A stretch of 20,000 nucleotides of DNA. Origin: an uncultured virus (IMG/VR IMGVR_UViG_3300020256_000002). Its lineage: Duplodnaviria > Heunggongvirae > Uroviricota > Caudoviricetes. The stretch spans positions 53,526 through 73,525 of the IMG/VR virus record IMGVR_UViG_3300020256_000002, one strand, 5' to 3'. Below the pieces are notes generated by a model, which ran no database searches, was not told the DNA's origin, and worked only from the letters and a program-made list of their open reading frames with translations. Numbering within the stretch: the stretch's first letter is position 1; every line of letters begins with the position of its first letter. Shown here piece after piece: positions 9,707 through 17,023 of the stretch. A program made the position numbers and the translations under genes.

Positions 9707-11020
9707 ATGCGTAATTTAGCAAATATCGGTAAACAAATCGCCCAGACTCAATATGCTGGCGTACAAGTCGGTGGAAGCGAAGGTCTGGAAAGCATCCTTG
9801 AAGAAGTTTCTGTTGAAGCAATGCAAATCGAAGGCGATAACGCTCTTTGTGCCGACCTGGAAAACGTTGTAGGTTCTTTGGAAAGCATCGCTGACCAAGC
9901 TGCAGCATCAATCGAAGACGGTGGTCTTGACCGTCAAGCTGCTGGCCTGTTGGAAGTAGCTGTTGAATCACACATGGCCCGTGTTGGTCTGTCTGCTCAA
10001 GATTCTGTAGCGTCTCTTGAATCTTTCGGTGGCACTGGTACTCGCGTTGAAGCGACTCAGGTTTCTGTTGAAGCCATCAAGGACAAAGCTAAGCAGCTTT
10101 GGGACTTCCTGGTTAAGAAATTCCAAGAAGCTCGTCAAAAAGTTTTCGCTTGGTTCAAGAAAGTATTCTCTGGCGCGGCAATGCTGAAGAAGCGTGCTGA
10201 AGGTATCGCGAAGAAAGCTGTCGACAAAAAAGGCACTAAGAAAGACGACCAGGAAGAAATCAAACTGGGCGGCGCTGCTAAAGCACTTGCTGGTAAAGAT
10301 GGCAAAGCTGACATCCCTGCACTTGCTGGCGATATCAAAGAACTGGCTAAAGTAGTTGACGGCGTATACCGTGGTCACGCTAAGCGCGTTGGTGATTTCG
10401 GTGGTGACGTTGCTGGTCTGCTTGACAAAGTAGCTGGTGCTCCTAAAGAAGACCTGGAAGGTTCTGATGCCGACAAGTTCTTCAAATCTGGTAAGTTCAT
10501 GGGCGAAGACGTTCTGGCCATGCTGGTTACTGACTTCCCTGACGGTGAACTGCTGGGCGGTCGTACTTTCGTAGTTGCTAAAGCTGACAAAGCTGGCGAC
10601 ATGACTGAACTGAAGTCTGCTATCGACAAGTACAACGTTGAATTCACTTTCCCTGGTGACGGTAAAGCACCTAAGATTGCTGACGACCAGAAGTTCGATG
10701 CAATCGAGCCTGGTAAAGTTAAAGACATCGCTGAGAACATCGTTGTTCTGGCTGAGTCTATCATCGCGTTTGAAAGCGATTACTTCAAACACGCGAAGAA
10801 CCTGGAAAAAGCAGACAGCGCTGCTGAGAAAGTTGGTAAAGCTTTCGATAAAGTATCTCTGGGAACTGCCGGTGCAGGTGCTGAGAAAGTATCTAAGTCT
10901 CTGTACTCTGCTGCACAGCGTGCAAACCAAAATCCAGTTAACCAACTGACTGGTTCTGTTCTGGCGACTGCTCGTGCTGCTCTTGAAGTATGTGACAAGT
11001 CTCTGGGTCAATACGAGTAA
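9707..11020 (+). CDS. Abundant internal head protein, paralog 1 (phiKZ gp93 / SPN3US gp53-54 family-like)
   Basis: 437 aa with AGGA RBS. About 120-aa acidic propeptide with GLE, SVE, SLE, SIE, AVE, SLE, SVE motifs. Strong high-expression codon bias (CTG, GCT, GGT, ATC, AAA). C-terminus ARAALEVCDKSLGQYE. Confidence 0.8.
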   Translation: MRNLANIGKQIAQTQYAGVQVGGSEGLESILEEVSVEAMQIEGDNALCADLENVVGSLESIADQAAASIEDGGLDRQAAGLLEVAVESHMARVGLSAQDSVASLESFGGTGTRVEATQVSVEAIKDKAKQLWDFLVKKFQEARQKVFAWFKKVFSGAAMLKKRAEGIAKKAVDKKGTKKDDQEEIKLGGAAKALAGKDGKADIPALAGDIKELAKVVDGVYRGHAKRVGDFGGDVAGLLDKVAGAPKEDLEGSDADKFFKSGKFMGEDVLAMLVTDFPDGELLGGRTFVVAKADKAGDMTELKSAIDKYNVEFTFPGDGKAPKIADDQKFDAIEPGKVKDIAENIVVLAESIIAFESDYFKHAKNLEKADSAAEKVGKAFDKVSLGTAGAGAEKVSKSLYSAAQRANQNPVNQLTGSVLATARAALEVCDKSLGQYE

Positions 11021-11055
11021 TTAGTTAGTAATAGCTAGTTAACTGGTAAAAGGTT

Positions 11056-11079
11056 TAGGGGAACTTCGGTTCCCCTATG
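11056..11079 (+). terminator. Stem-loop TAGGGGAAC-TTCG-GTTCCCCTA overlapping TATG
   Basis: 9-bp perfect stem with cUUCGg tetraloop between the two paralogs. No U-tract; TATG at 11076-11079. Confidence 0.7.
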
Positions 11080-11107
11080 TCATTTGAATTAAATTGGAGA
11101 ACGCATA

Positions 11108-12451
11108 ATGCGTCATTTAAATTCAATCGTTGGCACAGCAACTGCTGGTCCAGCTCCTACGGTACGTCCTGAGCTTTGCGAAGAAGGTCAAGCACAGGCT
11201 ATCGTTGCTTCTATGGAAGCACACGCTGATGTACAATTCCTTTCTGACGAATGTGACCGTTACATCGACCTGGCTACTAGCCTTGAAAACCTGGCTGACG
11301 TTACTGCAAGCATCGAATCTGCTACAGTAATGGAAATGCAATTGGTTGACATCGCTGGTGACATCGCAATGGCCGGTACTGAGTACGACGGCGCTGCACT
11401 GACTCCGGGTCTGGAATCTTCAGAAGGTTCTACTATCTCTGTCGAAGGTATCAAAACCATCGCTCAGGATATCTGGAAAGCTATCAAAGCATTCGTTGCC
11501 AAAATCTGGAAACGTGTTGATAACTTCTTCCACAACATTTTCGGCGCTCTGCCGCGTCTGCGTAAGTCACTTATCGCTCTTCGTGAACGTGCTGATGGCT
11601 ACACGGACAAATCAATTGAAGAAAGTAAGACTGAAGTAGGTTCTTCTATCAACCCTCTGGTTGTGAACAACGTTGCTCCGTCTTCTTCTAAAGGTATCGA
11701 AGATGCCTTGGAAACGTGTAAGACTGTTGTTAATGGTCTGTTCGACGTTTACACCAAATGCATCATCGCACGCGGTGAAGTTATTAAAGGTGGTCTGAAA
11801 GAGTACAAGCCTGGTAAAGACTGGACTGTAGAACAACACGCTTCTGCGCTGGCCAAAGTTCACGGCTTCGACGACGACTTCAACAAAATCAAGAAAGCAT
11901 TTGATGCTTCTGATTTCAAAGGCAAAGACCGTCGTTTCTCTGATGGTGCTACCATCTCTTCTGTGAACCTGCCTGGTAACATGTCTGTATTCGTACAGGG
12001 TGTTGAACGTGACGAAAACAGCGGTGCCCTTGGTACAGCTGAAGCACAACGTGCTCGTACCGTTCGCGTTATGTCAACTCTTGAGAAGTCTCAAGACGCA
12101 GTTGATGAGCATGACGTACAGACTCTGGCTATCAATGAAATCAAAGGTATCGTAGATATCTGTATTGACATCGTTGACGGCATCGAAGCCTGGGAACGCG
12201 GTAAGAACATCAAGACCATCAAAGGTCTGGTTTCTGACATCGAAAAGAATGGCGACAGCTTGAAGAAAGCTGAAGGTGGCTTGGAAGACGTAACGTCTGA
12301 AATCCGTGCTTATCCTAAGTCGGCCATGAACTTCGTTAAGTCGTTCACCACTTGGTCTGCAGAACCACATACTACCATCACTAACACCAGCTTGGCTGCT
12401 GTACGTGCTGCTATTGTGGTTTGTAACAAATCACTGTCGAATTACAAATAA
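11108..12451 (+). CDS. Abundant internal head protein, paralog 2
   Basis: 447 aa with GGAGA RBS. Propeptide motifs SME, SLE, SIE, GLE, SVE|G. Shares the post-cleavage amphipathic helix and the C-terminus (VRAAIVVCNKSLSNYK) with 9707-11020. Confidence 0.8.
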   Translation: MRHLNSIVGTATAGPAPTVRPELCEEGQAQAIVASMEAHADVQFLSDECDRYIDLATSLENLADVTASIESATVMEMQLVDIAGDIAMAGTEYDGAALTPGLESSEGSTISVEGIKTIAQDIWKAIKAFVAKIWKRVDNFFHNIFGALPRLRKSLIALRERADGYTDKSIEESKTEVGSSINPLVVNNVAPSSSKGIEDALETCKTVVNGLFDVYTKCIIARGEVIKGGLKEYKPGKDWTVEQHASALAKVHGFDDDFNKIKKAFDASDFKGKDRRFSDGATISSVNLPGNMSVFVQGVERDENSGALGTAEAQRARTVRVMSTLEKSQDAVDEHDVQTLAINEIKGIVDICIDIVDGIEAWERGKNIKTIKGLVSDIEKNGDSLKKAEGGLEDVTSEIRAYPKSAMNFVKSFTTWSAEPHTTITNTSLAAVRAAIVVCNKSLSNYK

Positions 12452-12456
12452 TTCGA

Positions 12457-12528
12457 ATAGTTGATACAAGCAGTTGACCACACGCAAACTTGACAACCAC
12501 ACATTGTTAAACTGCAAGTGTCAACTAT
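12457..12528 (+). other. Long imperfect stem-loop (structured 3'-UTR element or small ncRNA)
   Basis: ATAGTTGATAC (12457-12467) pairs with GTGTCAACTAT (12518-12528), then a 2x2 AA/AA internal loop, GCAGTT/AACTGC (12470-12475/12510-12515) and GAC/GTT. Confidence 0.6.
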
Positions 12529-12532
12529 CGTG

Positions 12533-12560
12533 AGGGAGGGGCGAAAGCTCCTCCCTTATG
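12533..12560 (+). terminator. Stem-loop AGGGAGGGGC-GAAA-GCTCCTCCCT followed by TATG
   Basis: 10-bp stem (one G-U) with GNRA tetraloop at the end of the head operon. Confidence 0.75.
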
Positions 12561-12639
12561 ACGTCTTAGGAATTTTACTCTATTTTTTTATCTTATACGA
12601 GAAACCTTTACTGATGGTAGCATTTAACTGTTAACATTT

Positions 12640-12655
12640 TTTAAACATATATCAT
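12640..12655 (+). promoter_or_regulatory. Candidate phage early promoter (TTTAAACATATATCAT)
   Basis: AT-rich intergenic motif resembling the phiKZ early consensus (TTTaA...TATATTAC; 6/8 match in the core), about 80 nt upstream of the accessory genes. Confidence 0.45.
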
Positions 12656-12737
12656 TTAAGTGGGTTTAGGCCTAAAACAAGAAGCCTTTACGGCTACGTA
12701 TTTTAGAAAATACATTTACTTAAATAAAAGGAAAGTA

Positions 12738-13058
12738 ATGAAAGAAGCAACTAATGCCCCTATGTACGCAACCCTATATCCGGGCCTGTGTCAGATAGCA
12801 AGAGAGAACGGGTATACGTTGGCGATACACGGGAGTCTTCAACAAGACTTAGATTTAATTGCGGTACCTTGGACAGACGACTATTGCCATTACGTGACAT
12901 TAGCAGAGCTGTTCTTGGAACATTTACAAGCATGTTTAGGTGAGTCATTTGATGACTGTAACCCTGAACGTAAATTACATGGGCGTATAGCCTACAACCT
13001 TTACATGGATAACGGGGCTAAGGTAGACCTTAGTATCATGATGCCTGTATTGGAATAG
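12738..13058 (+). CDS. Minimal nucleotidyltransferase-like protein (Pol-beta superfamily)
   Basis: Start reassigned from GTG 12660 to ATG 12738 (AAGGA RBS), giving 106 aa. GYTLAIHGSLQQDLDLIAVPW matches the hGS...DxD motif, and a candidate third Asp is in KVDLSI. Confidence 0.7.
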   Translation: MKEATNAPMYATLYPGLCQIARENGYTLAIHGSLQQDLDLIAVPWTDDYCHYVTLAELFLEHLQACLGESFDDCNPERKLHGRIAYNLYMDNGAKVDLSIMMPVLE

Positions 13059-13136
13059 AGAGTGGGTTATGTTGGTCATAGGCGACGATAAAATAACCAC
13101 CATAAATAATCAATCTTTAAATAAAAGGAAAAGATA

Positions 13137-13910
13137 ATGAAAAATGAATTAGCCATCATTGAGGAGTTTCAAAGCTCTCAGTGGGGTCAAATATCAATCC
13201 GTGAAGCCCTGTGTATTGCACAGGACGTTTTAAATGAAAACAAGTACGTCTACGTCTTCAAAAAGGATAATGATGTATTTGAGGAAAAGGGTAAGAAAGT
13301 TTACGTTGAGGGCTGGAGTGTCATTGGGGGTAATCCAAACTACTACCACAGCATTGGTAGTATGGACACCCGCTTAGAAGTAGGGTACTTCATAAAGACC
13401 ATGGAGAGTAAGCAGGGTGAGGAAAAGAAATCCATTACCTTACCAACCAACTACTGGTCACTATGGTACCGCTTCAACCGCATGTTTGATGAGGCAGAGC
13501 TGCACATCGTGGAAGGTCGCGTCATTACTTCTAGTCCTAAGAAACTACAGGGACTTATTGAGGGCTGGGAAAAAGTACTTGCCAGTGCCGACGGCCGTCC
13601 CATGATTCCTGTTATAGCCGAGTATACCCAAGAGGAATTAACGACGATAGTCAACTGGTCTCCCAAGCAGCTACAGGCCGAACTAGATAAACTTAAAGAA
13701 CTGATTAACACCAAAGTTTCAACTAGCTTTACGCAAGGTGAAAGTAGTCTATTAACCAAAGGTATGGATGGTCGCGTTAAGGCATGTAAATCTCGTCTCT
13801 CAATGCGCCGTAACTTTTGGAAAAAGTGGAGTGAGCAACGCGGGGATATTGTGCAGTTGGCAAAGACCTATTCCGTCACTACCGACAGATGGTCCTCTGT
13901 AAATGGATAA
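13137..13910 (+). CDS. Hypothetical protein
   Basis: 257-aa ORF with AAGGA RBS in a leader nearly identical to that of the 12738 gene. No recognisable motif. Confidence 0.75.
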   Translation: MKNELAIIEEFQSSQWGQISIREALCIAQDVLNENKYVYVFKKDNDVFEEKGKKVYVEGWSVIGGNPNYYHSIGSMDTRLEVGYFIKTMESKQGEEKKSITLPTNYWSLWYRFNRMFDEAELHIVEGRVITSSPKKLQGLIEGWEKVLASADGRPMIPVIAEYTQEELTTIVNWSPKQLQAELDKLKELINTKVSTSFTQGESSLLTKGMDGRVKACKSRLSMRRNFWKKWSEQRGDIVQLAKTYSVTTDRWSSVNG

Positions 13911-13969
13911 TTATATGGGGGATAGTATCCTCTAGTTAATTAACTGTTATCTTTATCTGGAGATTAACC

Positions 13970-14146
13970 ATGGAAAACATGGAAATGCCAATGGCTGAAA
14001 TGACCCACGGTCAAATGCGTGTTAAGGCACTTAAGTTACGTACTGATGCGATGGCCTTGCCAGTGACCGACCCTAACCGTGCTGACCTGATGCGCCAGTA
14101 CCGTGAATGTCGTGCAATGTGCTTGGCCCGTCGTTGCAACGGCTAA
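13970..14146 (+). CDS. Small 58-aa Met/Arg/Cys-rich hypothetical protein (not in ORF track)
   Basis: MENMEMPMAEMTHGQMRVKALKLRTDAMALPVTDPNRADLMRQYRECRAMCLARRCNG*. GGAGA RBS at 13959-13963, preferred codons (CGT, GCT, GAA, AAC), followed by a terminator. Confidence 0.75.
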   Translation: MENMEMPMAEMTHGQMRVKALKLRTDAMALPVTDPNRADLMRQYRECRAMCLARRCNG

Positions 14147-14172
14147 TCAACCATTTGGTTGGTTAAAATATC

Positions 14173-14199
14173 GGGAGCTTCGGCTCCCTTTATTTTTTT
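14173..14199 (+). terminator. Classic intrinsic terminator GGGAGC-TTCG-GCTCCC + T-tract
   Basis: 6-bp GC stem, UUCG loop, followed by TTTATTTTTTT. Confidence 0.85.
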
Positions 14200-14244
14200 G
14201 TTTTCGTAATTTTATGTAAATCACCTATTTTGGAGTAACTAGCT

Positions 14245-15771
14245 ATGCCGATAATTTCACATGAAGTTACCGAGACTATAGAAGCTGTCACTCGTCCGGT
14301 AATCTACGCGGTTGCTAGAAACCTACTTCAAAGAACTGGATTGAGTTTAGATGCTTCAGTTTACCTTAATAAAGGAGATGGTCAGGCCCGTAGTTTAAAC
14401 AGTGGCTTAAAAGAAGCACAGGACGAGGCCACTTTTGCGCAGGATAAATCTCGCATTCAGGTAAGTATGGAAGAAGAGTACATGGATGACGATATGTTGG
14501 AGAGTAAAATCCCTGACAGTAATACCAACCCTGCTTTCATTGACCCCGTATTGGGCATCAGTATTAGACCTATCTACTACCAAACCCGCATTACCCTGAC
14601 CATTGAAATGTATTTTAAATCTGAGTCGGCTGGGAGTAACTGGGTTAACGGCATTCGTCGCCGTGTTGGTAACGGAAGACAAGGGCAAAAACACACTGCG
14701 GAATATCACTTTGCTATTCCAGAGGTGTTAATGTCGGTATTGGCTGAACTGTACACTCTACGTGAAAACAATGCGGGTTATGGGGAAACGTTTAGTCAGT
14801 ATTTGAAAAATAACTTCTCTCACCTAGTAACGGTTATCACTAACCAGGCTGGAACCAAGAGTCAGTTCGCCGTAAAGGAAAAGCAGACAGGTTTTAACGG
14901 ATGGTTCAGTTTTGAGAAGCCGCCGGAGCTAGTGCAGAATACCCAACAGTTTTCGGCATCGTTTAGCTATACCTTTGAATATCAAAAGCCTGCGGCGTTT
15001 GTAATGTCTTATCCTTTAATGGTACATAATCAGTTAGTGCCTAAAAAGTTACGATTGATGGGTGAGAACTATAACATGTTAGTCGACCCCAACCATGCTG
15101 ATTACACCAAAAGCCGTTTCATGCGTTTACAAGGTGGCCCTATTGTACCTGGACAATCTATTGGTGGGATTAGTGTGCCTAACTGGGATGAATGGTTACC
15201 GCAACGAGTGCGCCGCCATTACTCAACCTTACTACGTTGTATGTTGATGGTGGGTAATGACCCGAGGGAACTGATGAACTTGGATAACATACCAAATCTT
15301 CAGATTGACCCCATACTGCGCGAGTACATGGTTAAGCATCATACCTTGCTGACCACCAGCTACGCCCATCCTTTTCAGGTGGTGCTGTACAAGGATGGAT
15401 TGCCTTTACGTGAAGATGCATTAGTAGTAGACGAAAACTTTAATGTGTGGTCTACATTCGATTTAAACCCTCGCCATCAGTATCACCTGTGGATTGGTTG
15501 TATGACCGACTTATCAATGTTAAGTGACAATGGGGTTGATGGTTTAATTGCTGATGGGGAAGTCACTAAGCAGGTTATTCGTGTTGTAGATTCAACGTAT
15601 GATATTAGCAAGGTCCATGTTCTAGACGATGGCTCCATTAGCCTGCCGCGTTGGAACAAAATTAAGACTGAGTTAAAAGAATCGTATAAACGCTACACTA
15701 ACCGTTATGAAAATAACACCTTAACAGTAGGTCAGTTTACTGTTACTGCTCAGAATCTTGGGAGAGACTAA
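14245..15771 (+). CDS. Virion structural protein, possibly neck/tail completion (phiKZ gp98-like position)
   Basis: 508-aa ORF with GGAG RBS, beta-rich N-terminal half, first gene of a coupled four-gene operon. Confidence 0.65.
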   Translation: MPIISHEVTETIEAVTRPVIYAVARNLLQRTGLSLDASVYLNKGDGQARSLNSGLKEAQDEATFAQDKSRIQVSMEEEYMDDDMLESKIPDSNTNPAFIDPVLGISIRPIYYQTRITLTIEMYFKSESAGSNWVNGIRRRVGNGRQGQKHTAEYHFAIPEVLMSVLAELYTLRENNAGYGETFSQYLKNNFSHLVTVITNQAGTKSQFAVKEKQTGFNGWFSFEKPPELVQNTQQFSASFSYTFEYQKPAAFVMSYPLMVHNQLVPKKLRLMGENYNMLVDPNHADYTKSRFMRLQGGPIVPGQSIGGISVPNWDEWLPQRVRRHYSTLLRCMLMVGNDPRELMNLDNIPNLQIDPILREYMVKHHTLLTTSYAHPFQVVLYKDGLPLREDALVVDENFNVWSTFDLNPRHQYHLWIGCMTDLSMLSDNGVDGLIADGEVTKQVIRVVDSTYDISKVHVLDDGSISLPRWNKIKTELKESYKRYTNRYENNTLTVGQFTVTAQNLGRD

Positions 15772-17018
15772 TGCCACTTGTTACTGAAGAAGAAGCGGTC
15801 GAACCGATTGCACAGGAGCAACCCCTACGTCCAAGGGAGACTCCAAAGAACTACCAGGATAATGTGGTTGATACCAAAGAGGTTGACCACAGTTCCTTAC
15901 TGACCTACGTAAGTGGGTCTAGTTGGACAGTTAACTACTATAGTCAGATATTGGGAAAAGACCAAGTTGGGGTTACCCAGCAGGTTGACCAGAATGGCGT
16001 GTACCAGCAGTACAAAGAAATTAAAAACTTTGAGCTAAAGGTACAGTCGTCACTGTCTCAAGACCAAGACCCTGAAACCAAGGTCTTTGAAGTAGTGGGT
16101 ACCAGTAACCTATATCCAAGTATCATTGCCAACACTGGGGATATGTTCATAGCGGATGTAGGAGATGGGCGTTCGGCTATCTTTACTGTTACATCAACCC
16201 GTAGACTAACCATCTATCGTGAAGCCGGTTTTGAGATTAACTACAAGTTAGTTAACTACACTACTGCCGAACGAATGACGGATTTGATTGGTAAAGTTGT
16301 TGAGAGTGTCTTCTTTAATAAAGAAGGCCTCAGGAAAGGCGCTAACGCCTTTGAGACGGCGTCGGAGTTGGTAGAGCGACAAAGTGTAGCCGAGCTAATA
16401 GAACGTCTCACAGGCTCATACACGCGACGTTTTTGGTGTGATGAATTTAACACCATTGTATTTCGCAATGAAAACGATGACCGTATCTACGACCCCTTCC
16501 TTGTAGACTTCATGAAGAAGCTAGACGTTCCATGGGTAAAGATTCCTACCAGTTTAAACTGTAACGGAATTGAAAGTCTAGATGAGCCAACTATCTGGAC
16601 TACAATGGTTGAGGGTAACACATGGTTCCCAGACCTCATTGAGTGGATGGAAGAAGTGTATCCTAGTACGCTAAGTCAATTACCCACTATGGGTGGGATT
16701 GCTTGGACTACGATGGAACTTGTACGTGTACCGATGGTTGGCAAGCTACCTGCTGAGCCTGTCCCACCTGTACCAGTTGACGCGGACTATCACCCGACTG
16801 ACCTAGAAAAGCATTATGTCTTATCTAGTTGGTATTACAATAAACAGCCGGACGGTATGTCTAAACTTGAACGCTACCTAAGTATGTGGTTTGAAAACAA
16901 ATCATTAGATACCACAGAAATTATTCGGTTAGCAAAAGAAGCGCCTACCTGGGATACCCTGAGCCAGTTTTATCAGATACCCATTATCCTGACGCTTCTG
17001 TTATCACTAGAGAGATAA
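15771..17018 (+). CDS. Virion structural protein, possibly neck/head completion (phiKZ gp99-like)
   Basis: 415 aa with TAATG coupling and GGGAG RBS. WTVNYYSQ and GDMFIADVGDGR motifs are reminiscent of head-closure beta-barrels. Confidence 0.65.
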   Translation: MPLVTEEEAVEPIAQEQPLRPRETPKNYQDNVVDTKEVDHSSLLTYVSGSSWTVNYYSQILGKDQVGVTQQVDQNGVYQQYKEIKNFELKVQSSLSQDQDPETKVFEVVGTSNLYPSIIANTGDMFIADVGDGRSAIFTVTSTRRLTIYREAGFEINYKLVNYTTAERMTDLIGKVVESVFFNKEGLRKGANAFETASELVERQSVAELIERLTGSYTRRFWCDEFNTIVFRNENDDRIYDPFLVDFMKKLDVPWVKIPTSLNCNGIESLDEPTIWTTMVEGNTWFPDLIEWMEEVYPSTLSQLPTMGGIAWTTMELVRVPMVGKLPAEPVPPVPVDADYHPTDLEKHYVLSSWYYNKQPDGMSKLERYLSMWFENKSLDTTEIIRLAKEAPTWDTLSQFYQIPIILTLLLSLER

Positions 17019-17023
17019 ACGCT

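Noticed and set aside
9968..11011. 347-aa antisense ORF (plus shorter ones at 10375-10764, 11612-12049 and similar)
   Set aside because: Shadow of the strongly codon-biased sense genes, where TTA/CTA/TCA codons are rare. No RBS noted, and the composition (F/S/T-rich) is not protein-like.
12452..12531. Possible tRNA or CRISPR-like repeat in the intergenic region
   Set aside because: No cloverleaf or TTC T-loop motif; the repeats are only 5-6 nt and not regularly spaced. Reported as a hairpin element instead.
12660..12737. GTG start at 12660 for the nucleotidyltransferase-like ORF
   Set aside because: Overlaps the promoter-like and hairpin leader; the RBS and duplicated leader point to ATG 12738.
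13137..13910. HEPN toxin partner of the MNT-like gene
   Set aside because: No R-x4-6-H motif found, and the size and composition are unlike typical HEPN toxins.
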